From: Myxococcota bacterium
GTDB taxonomy: Bacteria > Myxococcota_A > UBA796 > UBA2385
NCBI GenBank assembly: GCA_044344255.1
Contig: JBIJDH010000002.1
Span: forward strand, 64,001 to 128,000
Direction: 5' to 3'
Length of the DNA: 64,000 nucleotides
Shown here: one piece after another, positions 46,088 to 55,650 of the stretch
Layout: each line of letters opens with the position of its first letter
Position numbering within the stretch: the first letter of the stretch is position 1
Made by a program: the position numbers and the translations under genes
Notes under the pieces: model-generated
Database searches by the model: none
The model's input: only the letters and a program-made list of their open reading frames with translations
What the model was told of the DNA's origin: nothing

Positions 46088-48691
46088 GAGCAGGTCGACG
46101 CCGAGGCCGATCCGCAGCTCCTTGTCGGAGACGGCGACCTCGTCCTTCTTCTGCGCGAGCGTGACCGACGTGCGGTCGAGCCCGACGTCGAGGACCGCGG
46201 CGAGGCGCTCCTTCACGGCGAAGGACAGATCGAGGCTGGCCTGGGTCTCGACCGGCCAGGGCACGATGAGCTCGCCGAGCCGTAGATCGGCCCCGAGGCG
46301 CCCGTGCTCGAGGAGGAAGCCGCCGCCCACGACTCCGCCCTGGAGCGTGTAGAGCGAGGGGGAGAGGGCTTCTTCGCCGTAGAGGAAGAGCGGCGCCGAG
46401 CCGCGACCGAGGCCAGCGAGGACGTAGAGCGCGGCCTCGTCGCCGAGGTCAAAGCGGCGCCGGGCCGCGGCGCGGGCGCTCCAGCGTTGGAGGTCGAATT
46501 CGTTGAAGGGGCCGGGCTTCCCCGTCGTGCGCCAGGCCTGCGCGGAGAGCTCGACCCCCCAGTCGCCACCCCGGGGCCAGAGCACCGCCTCGAGGCCGGC
46601 GCCGAGGCCGTCCTGTACGGCGCCCTCGCTGAGCTGACCGGCGGTGAAGGAGAGCGACTTGGGGCCGAGGTTGGCGGCGCCTTCGCTCGTGTAGGTCATG
46701 CCGACAGAGCCAGCTCGGAGGCCGATCCGGCCCCAGGGAGCCTCATTCGCGCTCGCTGAGCGGGCGGCGCGGGCGGCGCGGGCGGCGCGGGCGGAGGGCG
46801 CTTCGTCGTCGGCGTCGGCGTCGGCGGGGATGGGCTCAGCGGTGATGGGCTCGGCGGGCGCGGGGGTGGACCACGGAGAGGCGGCGCTCCCGGCCGCGGG
46901 AGCCGCGGACCGCGCCTTGGCGACGACCGGGGGAGGTCGATCGTAGCTGAGCCAGCCCGCGGTCTCGGCCCAGCGGCGGCTGGCCTCGAGGGCCAACGGG
47001 CCGCCGAGGGCGACGGCGGCCCAGGGCGCGCTGCCCTGGCGGAGGCTGCGCTCGACCTCGAGGCCCGCGCCCTCTGCCCGCAGCCGGACGAGGCCGACAC
47101 CGGCCCCCGCCTTGTAGCTGATGACCGCCACGCCACGCTCATTGGTGATCGCGGTGGGCGGTACGGTGCCATCTCCCTGGGGGACGCTGAGGCGGAGCGT
47201 GACCTTGGGGACCGGGAGACCGAGCGCGTCTACGGCGACGATCCGCATCGGGAGCACCTCACCGGGGCGGAGGGCCTCAGCGGAGGGGTCGATGAGCAGC
47301 GCAGCAGGGGGCAGGCCGGAGGCCTTGAGCGCCGAGCTCTCGGCGCGGAGGCGGAGCGCAGGCGAGCGGGGGGCGAGGGTGAAGGTCGCCTGAAAGCGGC
47401 CCGGCGCGGTCTCCTTCGGGGCGCCGGCCCGGGTGCCGCCGGTCCCCTCGAGCAGCGGCGCCTTGCCCTTGACCGGGCGCCCGTCTGTGCCGGTGACGGT
47501 GGCGGTGACGACGTAGCTGTCCCGCGCCTTGCCGGCGGCGCCGGTGGCGGAGATGCGCAGGGGCGCCGCGACCAGCGGGCGCTCGACCGTGACCGATCGC
47601 CCCCCGACCTCGGCGGTGAACTGGACCTTCGTGCCCTCGGCCGTGGGGGTCCACTCCACGGCGAAGAGGCCGTCCTGATCGGTCTCCTCGACGGAACCAA
47701 GGCTGCCAGAGCTCGCGCTCAGCCTCGGGGCCTCCTCGCCGGGATCCCCGTTTGGTTGGGCCACGGCGATCAGGAGCCGGTAGGGGCGCCTGGGGTCGGC
47801 GAGCAGGGCGGGGGGCAGGGCGACGAAGGCGTGGGTGGGCGAATCGGCCACGCTCAGGCGCACGCGCTGCTCGACGGGCTTCCCCACCTTCGGGGTGGAC
47901 TGGACCGTGGCCTCGACGGAGCGCGGGTCGATCGCCACCTCGAGGGCGAAGGTGCCGGCTGGCGAGGCGGTGACGGGGCCGAGGCGCTGGTCGCCGTGGA
48001 GCACGACGTTGTCGCTGCCCGGGGGGCCCGCGAAGGTGACGCTCTGGCGCAGTCGCAGCGGCAGGCCCGCCCAGCCGGCCACCTGCTCGGGGGAGGACGC
48101 CCGCGCCGCAGTGAAGACCACGATGGTGGAGCCCTTGATTGCGGCAGGGGGGGTCCAGCGGGCCAGCCATTCGCCGCCCGAGCCTTGAACAGGCGCCTCG
48201 AGCGTGCCCAGGCTGGCGTGGACGAGCAGGCGCTCCTCGGCGTCCGACACCGGGCCCGGGGGCGGCAAGATGCGCACCAACACCGAGCCTTCGCCGAGCG
48301 TGATCGCGGGAGGATCAAAACGGAGGCTCACGGGGCCGGCGTCGGCGGGGCGCACGGGCACGGTGGCTCGGCTCTCGGTCGTGCCGCCCGCGCCCTTGAT
48401 GCGGATGACGAGCGGGACTTCGCCTGCGGCCTCGAGGCGGTCTGGGATGAGGCGGAAGGTGCCCGTCCCGTCGGTCCCGATCGTCAGGTCCTCGACGCTC
48501 CCGCCGTCGGCCTTTATCTTCACGGAGTCAGCCGGGCTCAGGCCATCCGCTTGAAAGCGGAGCACCGAGGCGGTCTCTCCGTCCGCGGGGATCGGCGCGA
48601 CCCCCAGGAGCTCGGCGTCCGCGGCCCAGGCAGGGGCCCCGACCAGCAGGGCCCACCCGAGGGTGAGCGGAGGGAGCGCTCTCGAGACCAT
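46079..48691 (-). CDS. Large secreted protein with Ig-like (Big_1-like) domains and probable C-terminal beta-barrel
   Basis: Signal peptide (PAWA), IPADGET, TNERGVAVISYKAG, Ala/Pro linker, amphipathic strands ending LRIGLGVDLLLR. Confidence 0.7.
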   Translation of the reverse strand: MVSRALPPLTLGWALLVGAPAWAADAELLGVAPIPADGETASVLRFQADGLSPADSVKIKADGGSVEDLTIGTDGTGTFRLIPDRLEAAGEVPLVIRIKGAGGTTESRATVPVRPADAGPVSLRFDPPAITLGEGSVLVRILPPPGPVSDAEERLLVHASLGTLEAPVQGSGGEWLARWTPPAAIKGSTIVVFTAARASSPEQVAGWAGLPLRLRQSVTFAGPPGSDNVVLHGDQRLGPVTASPAGTFALEVAIDPRSVEATVQSTPKVGKPVEQRVRLSVADSPTHAFVALPPALLADPRRPYRLLIAVAQPNGDPGEEAPRLSASSGSLGSVEETDQDGLFAVEWTPTAEGTKVQFTAEVGGRSVTVERPLVAAPLRISATGAAGKARDSYVVTATVTGTDGRPVKGKAPLLEGTGGTRAGAPKETAPGRFQATFTLAPRSPALRLRAESSALKASGLPPAALLIDPSAEALRPGEVLPMRIVAVDALGLPVPKVTLRLSVPQGDGTVPPTAITNERGVAVISYKAGAGVGLVRLRAEGAGLEVERSLRQGSAPWAAVALGGPLALEASRRWAETAGWLSYDRPPPVVAKARSAAPAAGSAASPWSTPAPAEPITAEPIPADADADDEAPSARAARAARAARSASANEAPWGRIGLRAGSVGMTYTSEGAANLGPKSLSFTAGQLSEGAVQDGLGAGLEAVLWPRGGDWGVELSAQAWRTTGKPGPFNEFDLQRWSARAAARRRFDLGDEAALYVLAGLGRGSAPLFLYGEEALSPSLYTLQGGVVGGGFLLEHGRLGADLRLGELIVPWPVETQASLDLSFAVKERLAAVLDVGLDRTSVTLAQKKDEVAVSDKELRIGLGVDLLLR

Positions 48692-48875
48692 CGACCCCAC
48701 CTTCGACTCCTGTCACGACTCCTGTCACCGGCGCGTGCACGACTTCGCGACGCGCGCGCAGTGTAGCGCCCTGCCCTCGGCGCGGATGTCAACAGCCCGT
48801 GCAGGCTCCCGGGCGGCCGAACGACCGCCTCGGGTTAGCAAGCCCCTTCGCCCACTGGCGCAGGGAGCGAGCTCG

Positions 48876-49358
48876 ATGCTGGAACAACCGGATGATGTTG
48901 GGGCTGGAGATGTTTGGGACGACGCCGCGCTGCTCCGCGCCTTCGCCCTCGGGCTCCCCGGCGCCTGGGAGGACTTTCCCTGGGGCGACCGCGTCATCAA
49001 GGTGGGGAAGAAGATCTTTGTCTTCCTCAGCGGCGGGGAAGACCTCTCTCGCCCCTTCGGCTTGGGCGTCAAGCTGCCGAGCTCCGGCGAAGCGGCGTTG
49101 CAGATGCCCAACGTCAAGCCCACGGCGTACAACCTCGGTAAGAGCGGCTGGATCTCCGCGCGCTTCGGCCCGGAAGGACGGCTCCCGACGGCGCTCGTCC
49201 AGGGTTGGGTCGAGGAGAGCTACCGCGCCGTCGCGCCCAAGAAGCTCATCCGTGAGCTCGACCTGCGGCCGCCTTCGCCCCTCCTCGTCGCCGAGGGCGG
49301 GGCCCGAGACGGGGCGGTGGACCGGGCTGGGGACAGGGCTGGGGACCGCGCGCCTTAA
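48876..49358 (+). CDS. MmcQ/YjbR family protein
   Basis: LPGAWEDFPWG..VIKVGKKIFVFL, YNLGKSGWIS, WVEESYRAVAPK. Confidence 0.9.
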   Translation: MLEQPDDVGAGDVWDDAALLRAFALGLPGAWEDFPWGDRVIKVGKKIFVFLSGGEDLSRPFGLGVKLPSSGEAALQMPNVKPTAYNLGKSGWISARFGPEGRLPTALVQGWVEESYRAVAPKKLIRELDLRPPSPLLVAEGGARDGAVDRAGDRAGDRAP

Positions 49359-51091
49359 TCGAGGCCGAATTCCTCGGCGGCGGTCTTGAGCGCGATGGCC
49401 GGCTGATCCTCTTTGAGGAGGATGAACGGTCCGGCGACGAGGGCGTCCATCTCGGTGCGCATGAAGCAACGGTAGGCGTCGGCGGGCGTGTTCACGATCG
49501 GCTCCCCGCGCACGTTCATGCTGGTGTTGATGATCACGCTACAGCCGGTCTTCTCGCGGAAGCGGTGGATGAGATCGTAGTACATCTCGTCCTGGGTGCG
49601 GCTGATCGTCTGGATTCGCGCTGAATTGTCCACATGCGTGATCGCGGGGAGGTTTCGGTGCTCGGCCCGAACCTGCGCCACGAGCAACATGTAGGGGCTC
49701 GGCCGATCGAGCTCGAAGTATTTGCCCACGTCCTCCTCGAGTACGGTGGGGGCGAAGGGGCGGAAACCCTCTCGCATCTTGATCTTCCGGTTGATGATCT
49801 CCCGCATCTCCGGGTGTCGCGCGTCGCCCAGGATGCTGCGATGGCCGAGCGCCCGCGGCCCCCACTCGAGGCGACCCTGGTACCAGCCGACGACGTTGGC
49901 CTGATCGATCAGATCGGCGGTCTGGTCGAGCAGGGCCTCGCGCTCGTAACGCTTGTAGACGGCGCCGTACTTGTCGAGGGTCTCCTGGATCTGCTCGTCG
50001 GTGTAGCCGGGGCCGAGGTAGGCGCTCTCGAGCTTCCACAGTCGCGGCTGGTTCATCTGGTCATGCCAGGCCCAGAGCGCCGCGCCCATCGCGCCGCCTG
50101 CGTCGCCGGCCGAGGGCTGGATGAAGATGTCTTCCACCGGGGCGCGGCGGAGGATGTGCCCGTTGGCCACGCAGTTGAGCGCCACGCCGCCCGCTAAGGC
50201 GATCTTGCCCTGCCCCGTCTCCTCGACCACGCGGGTGGCCAGCTTGACCATCACTTCGTCCACCACCTCCTGAAGCGAGCGCGCCACGTTCTTGTGGAAC
50301 TGTGTCATCTCGCCTTTCTCGAGCTCGCGGGTCGGTTGACCCATGATCTTCTCGAAGCCCTCATTGTACATGCGCATGCCATGATCGAAGTCGAAGTAGC
50401 GCATGTCGAGGCGGAAGGTGCCGTCATCCTTGATGTGAATGAGCTGCTTGATGCGGTCGACCTCGGTGGGCTCGCCGTAGGGGGCCAGGCCCATGACCTT
50501 GTACTCGGCGGAATTCACCTTGAAGCCGAGGTAGTAGGTCATCGCGGAGTAGAGCAGGCCGAGGGAGTGGGGGAAGTGGATCTCGCCCTTGAGCTCGAGC
50601 TTCGTGCCCTTCCCGACGCCCCAGGAGGCCGTGGACCACTCCCCCACGCCGTCTACGGTGAGCACGGCGGCCTCGTCCCAGCCTGAACAATAAAACGCGC
50701 TGGCGGCGTGGGAGAGGTGATGCTGACCGTAGAGGATGGGGCCGGTGTAGTCGAATTCGCTCTTCAGCAGCTTGTCGAGGCGCAGCTTGGTGCCGAACCA
50801 GCTCGGCATCCCCTTGACGAACTGCGGGAAGCTCTTGGGGAAGTTGGCCACGTGGCTCATGAGCATGCGCTCGAACTTCCAGAGCGGCTTGTCGTAGAAG
50901 GCGACCGCCTGGACCCGGCTCATGTCGATGCCCGCGTGCGACAAGCAATAGCGGATCGCCTGGACGGGGAAGTCGGAGTCGTGCTTCTTTCTGGTGAAGG
51001 CCTGCTCGTCGACCGCCGCGACCGGCACTCCGTCTGCGAGGAGGCAGGCCGCAGAGTCGTGGTAGAAGCAGGAAAGACCCAGGATGTACAT
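49355..51091 (-). CDS. Carbamoyltransferase, NodU/CmcH family
   Basis: YHDSAACL, HHLSHAASA, DGVGE, EYKVMGLA, GGVALNC, GPRALG, RPFAP, NTSMN. Confidence 0.95.
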   Translation of the reverse strand: MYILGLSCFYHDSAACLLADGVPVAAVDEQAFTRKKHDSDFPVQAIRYCLSHAGIDMSRVQAVAFYDKPLWKFERMLMSHVANFPKSFPQFVKGMPSWFGTKLRLDKLLKSEFDYTGPILYGQHHLSHAASAFYCSGWDEAAVLTVDGVGEWSTASWGVGKGTKLELKGEIHFPHSLGLLYSAMTYYLGFKVNSAEYKVMGLAPYGEPTEVDRIKQLIHIKDDGTFRLDMRYFDFDHGMRMYNEGFEKIMGQPTRELEKGEMTQFHKNVARSLQEVVDEVMVKLATRVVEETGQGKIALAGGVALNCVANGHILRRAPVEDIFIQPSAGDAGGAMGAALWAWHDQMNQPRLWKLESAYLGPGYTDEQIQETLDKYGAVYKRYEREALLDQTADLIDQANVVGWYQGRLEWGPRALGHRSILGDARHPEMREIINRKIKMREGFRPFAPTVLEEDVGKYFELDRPSPYMLLVAQVRAEHRNLPAITHVDNSARIQTISRTQDEMYYDLIHRFREKTGCSVIINTSMNVRGEPIVNTPADAYRCFMRTEMDALVAGPFILLKEDQPAIALKTAAEEFGLD

Positions 51092-51201
51092 GAGCTCGGA
51101 CTCCCGGTGGGGGCTGGGCGCACGGCCGAGGCAGCCCGGATGCGGACGGTCGGGTAACTTACCTCAGGCGAGGGCCTCGGACACGCGAGCGCGTCGGGGT
51201 G

Positions 51202-52773
51202 TCAAGGCGATCGGAGGGCGCCGCGGATGAGCGCCGCGCGGCGGTGAAGGTCTGCGGAGAGCTCGGCGGTGGGGGCCCCCCCGTCGCGGAGGCCCGCTGC
51301 CGCGGGCTCGAGGGTGGCCTCAAGGGCAGCCACCGCCTCGGCCAGCGCGGAGGTGGGGGGCTCCCCCTCGTCGAGCTGGGTGTCGATCTCGTCGGCGGCC
51401 CCGAGGAGATCGAGGCGGATGGGATCGGGGAGGCCCCGCAGCAGGGCCTGTCGCCGGAGGTCCTGGAGGGCCCCGCGCAGGCCCTGAAGTGCGGGATCGA
51501 CGGCTTGGGCCGAGGGACGGAGGCGGATCGCGTCTCGGAGCTCGGCGTCGACGCGCCCGGCGGCCAGCAGGCGCTGGGTGAGCAAGGCCGCCCCGGCGAG
51601 GCCGCCGAGGAGGCCGCCGAGGGCCAGCGCCGCCAGGAGCCCGAGCGCGAGGCTCAACAGCAGGGTGCCCGCGAGGCCGCCGGCGAGCGCGAGGGCCAGG
51701 GCGGGGAGGATGGCTCCGCCCCTGCGGGAGACAATCTCAAGGGGCACCCCCGCCCGATCGAGGTCGACGCGCAGGCGGTCGAGCTCGGCCGCGTCCCGCC
51801 CTCCAGCGAGGAAGACCGGGAGCCCGCGCCGCGCCGCCTCGTCGAGGAGGTCGCGGTCGAGCCCAGCGAGCGCGGCGAGGCGGCGACGGAGGCTCTGCGG
51901 TTGGAGGGCGACCCTCGCCACGAGGGCGAGCTCGGGCAGGGCGACGTCGAGCTGCGCAGAGGGGGGGGAGGGGACCGACACGCGGGGCGGGCGCGCCTGC
52001 GACGCGGCGGAGGGGACCGGGCCTGAGAGCGAGAGGGGGAGCGAGAGGGGGAGCGAGAGGGGGAGCGAGAGGGGGAGCGAGAGGGGGAGCGGGGAGGGGA
52101 GGGTGGGAGAGAGGGCCGCGATGGCGGTCAAGCGGGCGGCGGCGTCGAGGCCGAGCAGCGCCCGCAGCGCGCTGTCCAGCGCGTCGGGCGCGTCGGGGCG
52201 GGCGTCCCGTACCTTCCGGGGGCTGGCCTGGGCGCGGCGGAGGGCATCGACAGCGCCCCCTTCGACGGGCGCCAGGCCGGTGACCGCCTCGAAGACCACG
52301 ACCCCGAGCCCATAGAGGGCTCGCGCGGCGGGAGCGCCCGACGACTCCGGGGCGGAGTAGCGCGAAGGGCGCAGGCCCTCGTCACCGCGGTGCAGGCCGG
52401 AGGGGGCGAAGACGGGCCGCCCATCGGCGTCGAGGGCCAGGTCAACGGGCTCGAGGATGCCCCCGGTGGCCTCTCCGGCCTCGATGATCCGCGCCCCGAG
52501 CGTGGAGAGGATCGCCAGCGCCTCCGCCGGCTCGACGCGAAGGTCGGAGCCCCACGGGCGGCCGATCGGCGCGCGGACGGCGATGGGGCGGCCGCCCTCG
52601 ACGCCGACCGCGAGGACGGCGAGCCGGCCGCCCTCGGCGGGGGTCACCTGCTGGGCGCGCTCGAAGCGCCCACGGGCGTCGGGCCGCAGCAGGACGGCCC
52701 CCTGGGGGCTGAGGAGCTCGACGGCGGCGCCGCTGTGGAGGTCGGTCGCGGCTTGCCGGCGAAGCTCACCCAC
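51202..52773 (-). CDS. Degenerate kinase-like (pseudokinase) protein with C-terminal TM hairpin
   Basis: YSAPE, ALYGLGVVVFEAVTG and D...R C-lobe motifs present; no HRD or DFG; SLPL repeat linker. Confidence 0.6.
   Translation of the reverse strand: MGELRRQAATDLHSGAAVELLSPQGAVLLRPDARGRFERAQQVTPAEGGRLAVLAVGVEGGRPIAVRAPIGRPWGSDLRVEPAEALAILSTLGARIIEAGEATGGILEPVDLALDADGRPVFAPSGLHRGDEGLRPSRYSAPESSGAPAARALYGLGVVVFEAVTGLAPVEGGAVDALRRAQASPRKVRDARPDAPDALDSALRALLGLDAAARLTAIAALSPTLPSPLPLSLPLSLPLSLPLSLPLSLSGPVPSAASQARPPRVSVPSPPSAQLDVALPELALVARVALQPQSLRRRLAALAGLDRDLLDEAARRGLPVFLAGGRDAAELDRLRVDLDRAGVPLEIVSRRGGAILPALALALAGGLAGTLLLSLALGLLAALALGGLLGGLAGAALLTQRLLAAGRVDAELRDAIRLRPSAQAVDPALQGLRGALQDLRRQALLRGLPDPIRLDLLGAADEIDTQLDEGEPPTSALAEAVAALEATLEPAAAGLRDGGAPTAELSADLHRRAALIRGALRSP
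52027..52090. repeat. 12-bp tandem repeat (GAGCGAGAGGGG)x5.3, in frame
   Basis: Directly visible; encodes (PLSL)n on the minus strand. Confidence 0.95.
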
Positions 52774-52921
52774 GTCCGGCAGCGGGGAGCCGGCTTCGAA
52801 TCGACCGAAGAGGGGGGTGCCTGGGCGGACGATCTCGGACAGGTTTGGCTCCTCTCCGAACGTCGTATCGCGGCCTGCCGAGGCGGGCAGCCGCTACACT
52901 GGACACCGATAAGGGGTGTGG

Positions 52922-53569
52922 ATGGAGCGTGAGGAGGCCGAGGCGGGCTGGTTCTGGGGGCGGCTGTTGCCCGCGGTGATCACCGCGGCCTACCGTCTCC
53001 TCGCCGCCACCTGGCGGGTGGAGCGACGTGGGGAGCCCCTGCTCGCCGAGGCGCTCGCAGAGGGCCCCGTCATCTTCTGCTTCTGGCACGGTGAGCAGCT
53101 CCCCCTCATCCAGGCCCACGCCCACCAGGGTATTCACGGCGTCGTCTCGCGCAGCCGAGACGGGGCGCTGCTCGCTCGGGTCCTGGCGCGGCTCGGGTAC
53201 GGGCTCATCCGTGGGAGCTCCAGCCGGGGAGGCGCCGTCGCGCTGCTCGGGGCCGTCCGCGGCTTGCGGCAGGGGCGCTCCATCGCCGTCGCCGTGGACG
53301 GGCCGCGTGGTCCGCGACACGTCGTCAAGCCGGGCGCGCTCCAGCTCTCCGCCCTTGGGCGCCGCCCCATCCTGTTCGCGGTCAGCCACTGCCCGACGGC
53401 CAAGGCGCTCGGCAGCTGGGACCGGTTCGTGGTGCCCGCGCCCTTCTCCCGCGTCTTCATCGCTTACGGGCGCATGGAGCCTCCCGAGGACGTAGAGGCC
53501 GGACGAGCTGGCCTCGCCGAGGCGATGGAGGCGCTCGGCCAGCGCTTGTCTGCCGACGGGCTGGGTTGA
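52922..53569 (+). CDS. DUF374 / lysophospholipid acyltransferase-like protein
   Basis: FWHGEQL, SRSRDG, IRGSSSRGG, VDGPRGP, SWDRF. Confidence 0.9.
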   Translation: MEREEAEAGWFWGRLLPAVITAAYRLLAATWRVERRGEPLLAEALAEGPVIFCFWHGEQLPLIQAHAHQGIHGVVSRSRDGALLARVLARLGYGLIRGSSSRGGAVALLGAVRGLRQGRSIAVAVDGPRGPRHVVKPGALQLSALGRRPILFAVSHCPTAKALGSWDRFVVPAPFSRVFIAYGRMEPPEDVEAGRAGLAEAMEALGQRLSADGLG

Positions 53570-53593
53570 CGACCGCCGACACCCGCGGCGCGC

Positions 53594-53890
53594 TCAGGCC
53601 TTCCAGTGGATCCGCATTCGAAACTGGCCGTCCGAAGGGGACTTCGACACGGAGACCATCGAGGCGCTGTCGACCTTGACGCCGAATTCGAGCTCGACGG
53701 CGGCGTGCTTCGGGGCGCCCTCCATGATCAGGGCGAGCTGGTTCGCCATCGTCCCGGAGAGGCTGATCACGTTGCGGATGACATCGTCGGGGTGGAACTC
53801 CACCGCCGAGGCCGCCTTGGCGAAGCCACCGACCTGCTCGCACTCGAGGTAGACGATCGTGTTGCTGTCAATTCGAGACTCGAGGAGCAC
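53594..53890 (-). CDS. Trypco1 (CU044_2847)-like small protein
   Basis: About 98 aa; VELEFGVKVD...VSK...FRMRIHW C-terminal pattern. Confidence 0.65.
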   Translation of the reverse strand: MLLESRIDSNTIVYLECEQVGGFAKAASAVEFHPDDVIRNVISLSGTMANQLALIMEGAPKHAAVELEFGVKVDSASMVSVSKSPSDGQFRMRIHWKA

Positions 53891-53905
53891 GGGGGCCGCC
53901 CTGGT

Positions 53906-54112
53906 TCAGGTTTCGTCTGCTTCCTTCTTCGCCTTCGCGCCCTTCGGTGGGGGCGGGCGGTTGAGGCGGGCCATCACCACCTGGGCGTCGTCGTTGGGGA
54001 CGCCCGGCTTCTCGTAGGCCACGATGGTCTCGGGGGCCTCGGCGGAGTAGTCCCCGGAGAAGCGCTGCACGACACCCTTCAAGCGACTCAGCACCTTGTC
54101 GCGCAAGCCCAT
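53906..54112 (-). CDS. Small hypothetical protein
   Basis: Strong GGAGG SD, host-like codon usage, 68 aa. Confidence 0.7.
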   Translation of the reverse strand: MGLRDKVLSRLKGVVQRFSGDYSAEAPETIVAYEKPGVPNDDAQVVMARLNRPPPPKGAKAKKEADET

Positions 54113-54220
54113 GATCACCTCCCTCGTGCCCTCCTAAGTCGTTTCACGGCCACCGTCAGGGCAGGTCGCCCCAGGGGGGCAATCGGGGAGGGCGACGGAG
54201 GAGGACGTTCGGAGAGGGTG

Positions 54221-55075
54221 TCAGGGTGTCGCGCCGCGGCCATCGCTCGCGCGGCGATCGGCCACCTGCAGGAGGAGCTCGGTCTCTTGCACGGGCACCC
54301 GCTCGGACAGGGCCTGAAAGAGGGCCTCGGCGCCGCTGACGGAGTATCGCGCGCCGGCGGCCTCCGTGGGCACGAAGACGTCTCGCTCCGGTCGGGAGCT
54401 CTCCACGTAGAAGCTCCGATCTCGCGGGCGCAAGTGGAGCCGGACGATGGCGGAGATCGGGAGGGCCGAGCCTTCCCCGTGGGGGGTGCTCAGTCGGAGG
54501 GCGTCCCCTTCGAGCGCCATCCAGGAACCCCAGAGGGGATCGGCCTGCGTGCGGCGGGCGAAGAGGGTCGCGAAGAGGCCCGTGGGCAGCGCCGCGAGGG
54601 AGCCCCAGTCGAGGGCGCCCCGTTGGGCGGCCCAGAGGGACCACAGCACACAAGCGGTCCCCGCGGCGGCGAGCAGCAGCGGGACCTGAGGGCGCCGCGG
54701 TAGCACCCGATGACGGCCTGGGGCGGGCGGCGCGATCGGGATCCGGAAGAGGATGGCGAGGACACGAGCCGCGATCAGGGCGAGCGCGGTGGCCGCGCCC
54801 AGGTGCAGCGCCTGCTCTCCGTCGGCGCCGATCGGGGAGAGCGTGGTCAGCCAGAGCAGGAGCGGCGGCCACAGGAGGGCGGCCGCGCCGATGCCCGCGC
54901 CACCGTGCGACGCCCAGCGGTAGGCGCGGGCCCCCTCGGTGGGCCCGGACGCGGCCTCCCCGGGGGGAGGCGGGTTGGAGCTGCTCTCTTTGGCCGTCAT
55001 CCCCGCGCGGTCCTCCTCCGGCCTGGCGTCCCGGGCGAGGTCCGGCCGCAGGTCGGTCTCCGCGTGTGGTATCAC
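54221..55075 (-). CDS. Hypothetical membrane protein (4 TM plus small C-terminal domain)
   Basis: Hydrophobic segments; start uncertain. Confidence 0.55.
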   Translation of the reverse strand: MIPHAETDLRPDLARDARPEEDRAGMTAKESSSNPPPPGEAASGPTEGARAYRWASHGGAGIGAAALLWPPLLLWLTTLSPIGADGEQALHLGAATALALIAARVLAILFRIPIAPPAPGRHRVLPRRPQVPLLLAAAGTACVLWSLWAAQRGALDWGSLAALPTGLFATLFARRTQADPLWGSWMALEGDALRLSTPHGEGSALPISAIVRLHLRPRDRSFYVESSRPERDVFVPTEAAGARYSVSGAEALFQALSERVPVQETELLLQVADRRASDGRGATP

Positions 55076-55110
55076 GGACCGGTCGGCGCCTGACGCGCCC
55101 GGGAGGCCCC

Positions 55111-55650
55111 ATGGAAGGTCAACTGACCTTGGAGGGAGTCATAAATTTCTTGTTGGAGACTCCGCTCTTCGCGGATCTCGACCCCACCGAGCTCGCTGAG
55201 ATCGTGCGCATCATGCAGGTCCAGCGGCTGCGCCCGGGTCAGTCGGTGTTTCGAGAAGGTGAGGTCGGAGACGCCTGGTTCGTGATCTACGAGGGCCGCG
55301 CTTCCGTCTCCAAGGACAATGGATTCGGTCCCGCGCGCAACATCGCGAACCTCGAGCCCCATGCTTGTTTCGGAGAGATGGCGGTGCTCGATGGTTCGGA
55401 GCGCTCGGCCACCGTGAAGGCGGAGACCGAGCTCACGCTGTTCCGCTTCCGTCGCGCTCCCTTCCAGGACCTGATGGAGGAGGGCAGCCTCGCGGCCTTC
55501 AAGTTGGTGACCGCGATGGCGCGGGTGCTCTGCGCGCGGCAACGAAGCTTGAACCGTCAGATCGCCGACCTGCTGGAGCGGGAGGCGGATCACGGTCCGG
55601 TCAAGCAGGGCCTCGGGCCGATCATCGACAATTACTCGGTCTCCGAGTAG
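55111..55650 (+). CDS. Stand-alone cyclic nucleotide-binding domain protein
   Basis: PLFADL, VFREGEVGD, FGEMAVLDGSERSATV; GGGAGG SD. Confidence 0.92.
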   Translation: MEGQLTLEGVINFLLETPLFADLDPTELAEIVRIMQVQRLRPGQSVFREGEVGDAWFVIYEGRASVSKDNGFGPARNIANLEPHACFGEMAVLDGSERSATVKAETELTLFRFRRAPFQDLMEEGSLAAFKLVTAMARVLCARQRSLNRQIADLLEREADHGPVKQGLGPIIDNYSVSE

